Part shown: piece after piece, positions 27,942 to 35,503 of the stretch | Layout of the letters: every line of letters begins with the position of its first letter | Position numbering within the stretch: the first letter of the stretch is position 1 | NCBI GenBank assembly: GCA_036336835.1 | Contig: JAYZFK010000094.1 | Coordinates: 32,001 to 96,000 of the forward strand | Reading direction: 5' to 3' | DNA length: 64,000 bases | Origin: Myxococcota bacterium | GTDB taxonomy: Bacteria; Myxococcota_A; UBA9160; UBA4427 | Notes under the pieces: model-generated | Told to the model about the DNA's origin: nothing | Database searches by the model: none | Seen by the model: the letters and a program-made list of their open reading frames with translations, nothing else | Program-made: the position numbers and the translations under genes

Positions 27942-28796
27942 TCACATGAGATCAGAGATGCGCTCGCGCCAGCGAGGCGCAACGCGATCGCCGTCGCGCG
28001 TCGCGCGCAGACGGATCGGGCCCTCGGGACTGCCGCGCTCACCGATCCCCTGATAGAGGGAGAGCGCCTGCAACCGCGCCAGCTCGAGAATCGCCAGAAA
28101 GCTCGCCACCAGCAGCGGGCGCGACGGCGGCCCCTCGACGATAGGCTCGAAGATTTGCGAGAACTCGATCGAATCGACCCGCTCGAGCAGCTCCATGATT
28201 GCGACCACCCGATCGCGCACGGCAAAGCTCTCGGCCTCGAGCTCGACCTCGTGGACGGACTCGTCCTCGCAGCGCGCCAGCACGGAGCGAAACGCGTCGA
28301 GCAGCTCGAACAGCCCCACCTCGATCTCGCGCTCGCTGTCGGGCACCCGCTGGGGTCCGCCACCCTGCGCATCGAAGACGTCGCGCCCCAGCAGGCGGCG
28401 GCGCCCAAGCAGCTCGGCCACCTCCTTGTAACGACGGTACTCGAGCAGCCGCGCCACCAGCTCGGCGCGTGGATCGACGCCCTCGCCCTCGTCTTCCGCG
28501 CCCTCGGGCGGCAAGAGCATGCGCGACTTGATCAGCGCAAGCGTCGCCGCCATCACCAGGTACTCGCCCGCCACGTCGAGCTCCAGCTCGCGCATCAGCT
28601 CGAGATAGCCGAGGTACTGATCGGCAATCTGCGCCACCGGAATCTCGGTAATCTCGACTTCGTTCTGCCGGATCAGGTGCAGCAGCAGATCCAGCGGGCC
28701 CTCGAAGACAGGCAGCTTGACTGCATAGGCAGCAGCAGCCCCAAGGCCGTGATCCTCGACCAAGACGACGTCGCTGTGCGGCTCGTGTGAACTCAT
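27942..28796 (-). CDS. scpA: Segregation and condensation protein A
   Basis: FEGPLDLLLHLI, EYLVMAATL..IKSRMLLP and FLAILEL. Confidence 0.96.
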   Translation of the reverse strand: MSSHEPHSDVVLVEDHGLGAAAAYAVKLPVFEGPLDLLLHLIRQNEVEITEIPVAQIADQYLGYLELMRELELDVAGEYLVMAATLALIKSRMLLPPEGAEDEGEGVDPRAELVARLLEYRRYKEVAELLGRRRLLGRDVFDAQGGGPQRVPDSEREIEVGLFELLDAFRSVLARCEDESVHEVELEAESFAVRDRVVAIMELLERVDSIEFSQIFEPIVEGPPSRPLLVASFLAILELARLQALSLYQGIGERGSPEGPIRLRATRDGDRVAPRWRERISDLM

Positions 28797-28880
28797 AATC
28801 TGACCGCAGTGCGCACGCGGTGGGGGCCGCGGCCTGCCGAGGAGCCGACACCAGATGGCGACAGCTCGAACGGCGTTTGG

Positions 28881-28909
28881 AGTATGGAGGATCCCCCTGG
28901 ACGCGGCAA
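28881..28909 (-). promoter_or_regulatory. Sigma70-like promoter for scpA-scpB-rluB
   Basis: Minus strand TTGCCG-N17-CATACT about 85 nt upstream of the scpA ATG. Confidence 0.5.
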
Positions 28910-29215
28910 CGCGGGCTGGCGCGGCCCACCTGCGGGGAGAACCTGCCCGAGCCAGCGCCTCGAGAACTCCGCGCTTCCCGAGGCGAGTGGTGGCGCAGGA
29001 CGGCGCCTCGAAGTCATTGCTTCCAAGGAGAGCACTTTGTTCGGCGCTGCGCCGGACCCGGTGGGCATTGATCGAGATGACCGAGCCGGATATCGACCGC
29101 GCAACGAGCGAACCCGACCGTGAGCGGCACAGGTCTCGTTGAGTGAAGCCGCTTGCAGCCCGGCCGAAAGGCAGGCCGCGCGTGATACCGTCCGGCTCCC
29201 ACGAGCGAGGCCGAG

Positions 29216-30877
29216 ATGCCGCAGGATGAGGACTTCGATGTCTGCGTGATCGGCACCGGGGCGGGTGGCGGCGTGATGATCGACCGCCTGACGGCGGCCG
29301 GGCTGCGCGTGGTCGCGCTCGAGCGGGGACCGCAGCTGTCGCTCTCCGACTTCGACGACGACGAGCTGCGCAACGTAGTGCGCGACGAGATCTTCTCGCC
29401 CCATCAGCTCGAGACCTATCGCTTCACCGCCACGAGTCCGAGCGAGACCGGGCGGCACAGCCAGATCGCACACTGTGTGGGCGGCACCATGACGCACTGG
29501 GCAGCCTGGTCGTGGCGCTTCCTGGAGGACGACTTCGAAGTGCTCTCGAAGGAGGGCGCAGTCGCCGGGGCGAGCCTGGCGGACTGGCCCGTCAGCTATG
29601 CCGAGATGGAGCCGTACTACGAGCTCGCCGAGCGCGACTTCGGCGTTGCCGGGAGCCAGGCGGCCAACCCGTTCGAGGCACCTCGCAAGTCGCCGTATCC
29701 GAATCCGCCGCACCCACAGCGGGTCTCCGGTCGCAAGCTGTTCGAGGGCGCGCGGAAGCTCGGCTACACACCCTTTCCCGTCCCGATGGCCATCAACTCA
29801 CGCCCCCACGGCGGTCGTCCGCAGTGTTTGTACGGCGGCGCCTGCCGCGCGTACGGCTGTCCGATCCACGCGAAGGCCACGACCTTCTCGGTCTCGCTGC
29901 CACGCGCAGCGCGCACCGGCAGGCTCGAGCTGGTACCGGACGCGATGGTGTACGAGCTGCCGCTCGACGCCCACGGCCGCGTGAGCGGCGCGCGTTATCT
30001 CGACGCGGAGGGCGTGCAACACGAGGTGCGAGCGCGCCAGACGGTCGTCGCAGCCGGCACCATCGGGACGCCGCACCTGCTGCTCTCCTCGACGTCGGGT
30101 GCGTTTCCGCGCGGGCTCGCAAACTCGTCCGATCAGGTCGGGCGCAATCTCACCTTCCATCACCATCCGTCGGCACTGGCCGTGTTCGACGAAGACCTGC
30201 GGGCCTATACCGGCCTCGAGACGCACGCGGCAGTCGACGATCTGCACGCAAGCGATCCGAAGCGGGGCTTCATCCGGGGCGGCGTGATCGCCGAGCTCAA
30301 CACGTTCACGCACCAGCCGATCGCCTTCTCGACACTCCTGGCGGATGCGCTGCCGTTCGGGTCGCGTTGGGGCCCGGGCCTGAAGGAGCGCATCCGAGCC
30401 TTCCCTCGCACGCTGGTGCTGGCCGCGATCTGCGAAGAGCTGCCGATGGCCGACAGCCGCGTGGATCTCGACCCAACGGTGACCGACCGCTTCGGACTCG
30501 CCGTGCCGCGCATCACCAAGCGCCAGCATCCCAATGACATCGCGATGTATCGCTGGTACGAGCGCAAGCTCGTCGAGCTCGCCGAGGCCACGGGGGCGAC
30601 AAAGGTGGCTACGGGCCGGCTCCCGGGCATCCAAATCGATGAGACACGCGCGCAGAAGGGCAACGCCCACAATCACGGTACCTGCCGGATGGGCAGCGAT
30701 CCCGAGACGTCGGTCGTCGACCGCGATTGCCGCAGCCACGCTGTACCGAACCTGTGGGTCGTCGACGGCAGCGTGATGCCGACTAATGGTGGCTACAACC
30801 CGACGCTCACGATCCTGGCCAACGCCTACCGCGTGGCCGACGCGTTCGTGCGCCGGGCCAAGGCGCGCCAGTCGTGA
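29216..30877 (+). CDS. GMC family flavoprotein oxidoreductase (gluconate/sugar dehydrogenase large subunit-like)
   Basis: IGTGAGGG FAD motif, VGGTMTHW, Cys cluster CLYGGACRAYGC, HNHGTCRMG and NPTLTILANA. Confidence 0.92.
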   Translation: MPQDEDFDVCVIGTGAGGGVMIDRLTAAGLRVVALERGPQLSLSDFDDDELRNVVRDEIFSPHQLETYRFTATSPSETGRHSQIAHCVGGTMTHWAAWSWRFLEDDFEVLSKEGAVAGASLADWPVSYAEMEPYYELAERDFGVAGSQAANPFEAPRKSPYPNPPHPQRVSGRKLFEGARKLGYTPFPVPMAINSRPHGGRPQCLYGGACRAYGCPIHAKATTFSVSLPRAARTGRLELVPDAMVYELPLDAHGRVSGARYLDAEGVQHEVRARQTVVAAGTIGTPHLLLSSTSGAFPRGLANSSDQVGRNLTFHHHPSALAVFDEDLRAYTGLETHAAVDDLHASDPKRGFIRGGVIAELNTFTHQPIAFSTLLADALPFGSRWGPGLKERIRAFPRTLVLAAICEELPMADSRVDLDPTVTDRFGLAVPRITKRQHPNDIAMYRWYERKLVELAEATGATKVATGRLPGIQIDETRAQKGNAHNHGTCRMGSDPETSVVDRDCRSHAVPNLWVVDGSVMPTNGGYNPTLTILANAYRVADAFVRRAKARQS

Positions 30878-31506
30878 GCGGCGGCGTCACACGACGCGAC
30901 TTCGTGCGCGGAGGCAGCCTCTACGGGGCGGGGCTGTGGCTCTCGCTGCGGCTACCCCGACCGGCCACCGCGGCAGCCGCCGCGGCCTCGAGCGCGCCGG
31001 TGAGCTTCTCTGCGCACGAGTGGGAGACGGTCGAGGCGATCACGAGCCGCATCCTGCCGAGCGATCACCAGCCCGGGGCGCTCGAGGCCGGCTGCGTCAA
31101 CTTCATCGACAAGGCACTCGCCAACGAGGATGCGGCCGCCAGGCCGCTCTACACCGACGGACTCCAGGCGCTCGATGCGGTCTGCACCAGACGTTTTGCG
31201 AAGCCCTTCGTCGCGCTCGAGCCGGCTCAGCGCGACGGCGTCCTGGCCGCCCTCGAAACCGGCAGTGCGACCGACTGGCCGCTCACCGAGTTGCCGTCGC
31301 CGCTCTTCTTCGAAACGCTCCGCCTGCACACGATCGTCGGCTTCCTCGCGGACCCCGAGTACGGCGGCAATCGCGACTACGCAGGCTGGCGCGTGAGCGG
31401 GTACCCCGGCCCGCGCCACCGCCTCGGAGGCTACCTGCCCGAGCAGCTGGCCGGCACGGCGCCGATCGTTCCCGTGTGGCAGCGCGAGCAGCGCAAAGCC
31501 CGGTAA
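30874..31506 (+). CDS. Gluconate 2-dehydrogenase subunit 3 family protein with Tat signal
   Basis: TRRDFVRG twin-arginine motif, PGALEAG..FID and DPEYGGNRD..GW...GYPG. Confidence 0.9.
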   Translation: MSGGVTRRDFVRGGSLYGAGLWLSLRLPRPATAAAAAASSAPVSFSAHEWETVEAITSRILPSDHQPGALEAGCVNFIDKALANEDAAARPLYTDGLQALDAVCTRRFAKPFVALEPAQRDGVLAALETGSATDWPLTELPSPLFFETLRLHTIVGFLADPEYGGNRDYAGWRVSGYPGPRHRLGGYLPEQLAGTAPIVPVWQREQRKAR

Positions 31507-31575
31507 TCCGCTGCTCCGTGGCGATTCCGAGCTGGCGTCGAACCGATCGCTATGTCCATTGGAGGCCGACGCGGC

Positions 31576-33090
31576 CTAGCGAGCGCGTTCGAAGGCTTGC
31601 CGTGAGATGGGTCCCGTGAGCGCACCGAGCGGCTCACGGACCCACCAGGCGCCGTCCGCCTGTGGCTCGCCCCAGCGGCTGAAGCGGTAGCGGTAGACGA
31701 CGAAGCGAAGCTCGTCGGGGGGCGCGTCGCCGAAGGGACCGTCGGCGAGCAGTGCTCGGACCTCGCGGCTCCCTTCCAGCAGGCGGTGAGCGAGCGGAAG
31801 CAACCAGTTCTCGTGGCGCCGCGGGTTGAGCGCGGCAAACCACATCTGCCAATCGAGACGCGGCTGGTGGGGCGCCACGAAGCGCGGGGCCTCGCCGGGC
31901 GGACCTGCCTTCCAGCGGAAGCGATATTCGACCCAGTCGCCGCCCGCTCGACGACCCTCGATGGCGATCTCCGGGCGCTCAGTCGACATCGTGCGGAACA
32001 GGCCGTAGCCGTTCACGCTGCGAAAGGGCCGCGCCCAGCCAACCAGCGGCTCCGACCAGGCGAGCGGGCGGCTCCCGCCCGGAGCACGCGGCACCGTGTA
32101 TGCGATCTCGCGCGCAAAGGCCAGGGCCGAGAGCGGCACCAGCACGATCGCCGCCACGACCCGCAGATCGGTCGCCCAGCGCGGCGCCGGCCCGGGATCG
32201 TGTGATCGACGAGCGCCAAAGCGTGCCGGCAGCAACCAGCGCCAGACATCGTCGTCGAGCAGCGAGAGGCAGAGCACGATCGTCAGTCCGTTGAAGAAGC
32301 CATAGTTGCCCGTTGCAGCGATCGCCAGCTGGAACGACACCATCACCGCGCACCCGGCCCGGCGCAGCCAGCGATGGCGAGCCGGTGCGAAGATCGCGAA
32401 CGGCGCGACCAGCTCCGCCAGCCACATGAACGCGAGCGATCCGAGCTGGATCGCAGCCGGGAGCTGGTGCGCGTACCAGCTCGTCCAGCTCGGTAGCGGC
32501 TGCGTCTCGTAGTGGAAGGCCAGGGCGCTGCCGTTGACCCAGGTCGGATCAGCGCTCACGAGCTTGGTAATGCCGGACAGGAACATCAGCTTGAACAGCA
32601 GCAGCCACAGGAGCCAGCGCACTAGATCCGACACCCGCTGCTCGGCCAGCCCCCCGCGGCCCAGCGTCGTGGGAGCGAACAAGGCGGCGAGCAGGCCGGT
32701 TTCGAGCAGCAGTGTGTCCCACTGGAAGTGGAGAAACACCTGCCCGACGACGGTCAACGACAGGTAGAACAGCCACAGCAGCAGCAGGCAGAGCATCGGA
32801 GCGATTCCCGCGATCAGCAGCAGCGAGAGACCGACCCCGCCCCACGCGAGCGCGAGCAGGAAGCCGTCGCTGGCCGAAAGCCAGCAGAGGGTCGGCAGCA
32901 GCCGATAGGCACGCGCGCCCTCACCGCGTCGCGCGCTCTCGAGATATTCGGCTGCCGGCAGGATGCCGCTCTCGCCCACCAGCCCGACGATCTGCACGGC
33001 CAGCGAAGCGAAGGCAACCGCGTAGACGATGCCGAGCGCGCGCAGGAACACGCTGCGCATCAGCTCGTAACGGGACACCGGCGGAGGCAT
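31576..33090 (-). CDS. Lipase maturation factor (LMF) family membrane protein
   Basis: FLRALG..Y..AF.SL, FQWD.LLLETG, HYETQPLP, TGNYGFFN and PHQPRLDWQMWFAA. Confidence 0.92.
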   Translation of the reverse strand: MPPPVSRYELMRSVFLRALGIVYAVAFASLAVQIVGLVGESGILPAAEYLESARRGEGARAYRLLPTLCWLSASDGFLLALAWGGVGLSLLLIAGIAPMLCLLLLWLFYLSLTVVGQVFLHFQWDTLLLETGLLAALFAPTTLGRGGLAEQRVSDLVRWLLWLLLFKLMFLSGITKLVSADPTWVNGSALAFHYETQPLPSWTSWYAHQLPAAIQLGSLAFMWLAELVAPFAIFAPARHRWLRRAGCAVMVSFQLAIAATGNYGFFNGLTIVLCLSLLDDDVWRWLLPARFGARRSHDPGPAPRWATDLRVVAAIVLVPLSALAFAREIAYTVPRAPGGSRPLAWSEPLVGWARPFRSVNGYGLFRTMSTERPEIAIEGRRAGGDWVEYRFRWKAGPPGEAPRFVAPHQPRLDWQMWFAALNPRRHENWLLPLAHRLLEGSREVRALLADGPFGDAPPDELRFVVYRYRFSRWGEPQADGAWWVREPLGALTGPISRQAFERAR

Positions 33091-33249
33091 CGAGGAGACG
33101 GTACCGGAAGAACGGAACCGCCTGGTCCTTGGCGATCGCGTCGCGAATCCAAATCCTCGGGTTCGCACCAGCGGGCCTGTGCTACGAGATGAGCATCGGC
33201 AGCCGGCGGACCGGCGACCCGCTCGTTCGCGCCGGCCGCGCAGCCCGCA

Positions 33250-34569
33250 TCAACGCGCCGATGTCCTGACACTCGCACGCCTGGCGAGCTCGCGCGCGAG
33301 CGCCAGCGCCTCTTCCCGGTTCGCGAGCGTTCCGTCGAGGTAGGCGGCACGCACCCGGGCGAGCACGCGGCCGATGGCATCTCCCTCCAGTCCGAGCTCG
33401 ACCAGATCCGTGCCCGTCAACGACGGCCGGCGACCCCGATCCTCGGCCGCCCAGCGAACGATCCGACGTCGCAACGCAGGCGCGGCGAACGCGTGAAGGG
33501 CGATCACCTGATCTTCGTCCAGCTCGCCCAGGACCGAGTCGACGGCACCTCGCCCGCGCGCGCGAGAGACGTGCCGGATGGTGCGGTCGCGCAGCTTGCG
33601 AAAGCCGCTGATTCGCGCTGCGGTCTCTCCGCGTACCGAGAGCCGGTCGAGCGCGCGTTTGCGCAAGGCCGGCGACAGCTCAGCCAGCCACAGCGCCAGC
33701 CCAGAGACCCAGGGCCGGTGGCGAGCGAAGCGCCACGGCGGATCCGCGATCGACCGACCGAGCCGGCGCAGCGGTGTCAGCGCCGGCCGCGGCAACGCGA
33801 GCCCCGGCTCGAGCGCACCCAGCACGTGCCAGCCCTCGAGCAGCCGGAGCGCTGCCACTGGATCGAGCCCGAGCGTCGCGTCCGAAAACAGCTTCTCGAA
33901 CTCGCGTCGGAAGCGGTCCCCGCTGACCCCGCCAAAGGCGCCGTCCCGCATGGCATCGCTCAGCGCCGAGCGGGTTTCCCGCGCGAGCTTGAAACCGAGC
34001 CGCGGAGCCAGCCGCGCGGCCCGCAACGAACGCGTCGGATCGTCGTGAAAGCTACGGCTGTGCAGCGCGGTGAGCCGCTTCTCGCGCAGATCGAGCAGCG
34101 CCCCGGGCACGGCTTCGACCGGCGCACGCGACGGATCCTCGACACCACAAAGCGGCAGCGCCAGCGCGTTCGCCCGGAAATCGCGCCGTTCGAGATCCTC
34201 GGCGAGCGTCGCGGGCTCGACGGTAGGCAGAGCACCCGGCCGCGCGTACGTCTCGCGACGAGCGATCGCAATGTCGAGATCGACCTCCGCCCCGCGCAGC
34301 TCGAACGTCCCGAAGCGATCGTGCTTCACGACCTGTAACCCGTCGATCTCGAGGCCGCGCGCGATCCGCTCGACCGCACCCGCGTGGTCGACCTCGACGA
34401 GCAGATCGAGATCACGCACCCGCCGCCGCAGCCATAAGTCGCGCACGGGCCCGCCTACCGCGTAGAGGGTAGCCCCCTCGGCAGAGACGCCTTCGCACAA
34501 CGCTTCGACGAGCGCCTCTTGTGCCGGCGGAAGCGCGGCGAGCAGCAGCCGCACGTCCATCCTGGCCAC
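33250..34569 (-). CDS. Class II tRNA nucleotidyltransferase, A-adding type, without DHH/CBS domains
   Basis: VGGPVRD, DLDLLV, ARRETYARPGALPTV, RRDFRANALA and SFHDDPTR. Confidence 0.82.
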   Translation of the reverse strand: MARMDVRLLLAALPPAQEALVEALCEGVSAEGATLYAVGGPVRDLWLRRRVRDLDLLVEVDHAGAVERIARGLEIDGLQVVKHDRFGTFELRGAEVDLDIAIARRETYARPGALPTVEPATLAEDLERRDFRANALALPLCGVEDPSRAPVEAVPGALLDLREKRLTALHSRSFHDDPTRSLRAARLAPRLGFKLARETRSALSDAMRDGAFGGVSGDRFRREFEKLFSDATLGLDPVAALRLLEGWHVLGALEPGLALPRPALTPLRRLGRSIADPPWRFARHRPWVSGLALWLAELSPALRKRALDRLSVRGETAARISGFRKLRDRTIRHVSRARGRGAVDSVLGELDEDQVIALHAFAAPALRRRIVRWAAEDRGRRPSLTGTDLVELGLEGDAIGRVLARVRAAYLDGTLANREEALALARELARRASVRTSAR

Positions 34570-35502
34570 TCAAGCCCCCGTCCGGCGCCGGCGCCTTCGC
34601 CGGCCCCCGCCGCGCGGGTGGCGGGCATCGACGGTCTCGCGCAGGTGCCGGCGGCTGACGTGCGTGTAGATCTGCGTCGTCGAGAGGTCGGTGTGGCCCA
34701 GCATCGCTTGCACCGAACGAAGGTCAGCGCCCCCTTCGAGCAGATCGGTCGCAAATGCGTGTCGCAGCACGTGCGGGGAGACGCGCGCCGGGTCCAGGCC
34801 AGCGCGGATTGCGAGCCCACGCAGGCGCCCAAAGAAGTTCTGACGCGACATGACCCCGCCGCGCCGCGTGAGGAACAAGGCGTCGTTCTGTCGCTTGCCC
34901 ACCAACTGCGGCCGCGCGTCGCGAAGATAGTCCTCGCAGGCAAGGAGCGCGGCCTCGCCGAGTGGCACCAGTCGCTCCTTGCTGCCCTTGCCCCGCACGC
35001 GAACCAGACCACCGCGTCGGTCCAGTCCGGCCAGGGGAAGACCGATCAGCTCGCTGACCCGCAGCCCCGCACCGTAGAGCACCTCGAGCATGGCCCGGTC
35101 GCGAGCGCCAAGCGGCGTCGTGCTGTCGACCGCGGCGATCAACACCGCACTCTCCTCGGGCCCGAGCGTCCGCGGCAGGTTCCGCGCCAGGCGCGGACTG
35201 TGGATGCCTTCGAGCAGGTCGTCCTCGAGCATGTGCTCCTGCTCGGCAAACCGCAGGAAGCGACGCAGCGACACGAGCGCCCGCGCGCGGCTGCGCGCGG
35301 CGAGCCCGGCGGCCTCGAGCTCGTCCAGATAGGCGGTCACGTGCTCGGCTCGCAGCGAAGCCACCGTGCCCGTGCCCCTGGCCATCGTCCCCGACACGAA
35401 GCGCGCCAGATCCCGAGAATAGGCCGCGACCGTGTGGCGAGAGAGCCCGCGTTCGAGCAGGACATGCTGGAGGAAGGCATCGACCGCCGCGTCGAGAGTC
35501 AC
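34570..35502 (-). CDS. xerD: Site-specific tyrosine recombinase XerD
   Basis: RDRAMLEVLYGAGLRVSEL, GKGSKERLVP and SPHVLRHAFATDLLEGGADLRSVQAMLGH...TTQIYTHV. Confidence 0.93.
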   Translation of the reverse strand: MTLDAAVDAFLQHVLLERGLSRHTVAAYSRDLARFVSGTMARGTGTVASLRAEHVTAYLDELEAAGLAARSRARALVSLRRFLRFAEQEHMLEDDLLEGIHSPRLARNLPRTLGPEESAVLIAAVDSTTPLGARDRAMLEVLYGAGLRVSELIGLPLAGLDRRGGLVRVRGKGSKERLVPLGEAALLACEDYLRDARPQLVGKRQNDALFLTRRGGVMSRQNFFGRLRGLAIRAGLDPARVSPHVLRHAFATDLLEGGADLRSVQAMLGHTDLSTTQIYTHVSRRHLRETVDARHPRGGGRRRRRRRTGA

Positions 35503-35503
35503 C

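Noticed and set aside
28797..29215. Structured-looking 420-bp gap considered as RNase P RNA, tmRNA, 6S RNA or T-box
   Set aside because: Lacks the RNase P GAGGAAAGTCC/CGGCTTA motifs, tRNA-like ends and the T-box consensus; adequately explained by divergent promoters
34570..35502. Tyrosine recombinase as a sign of an integrated mobile element
   Set aside because: Sequence and housekeeping context fit chromosomal XerD; no att repeats or cargo genes
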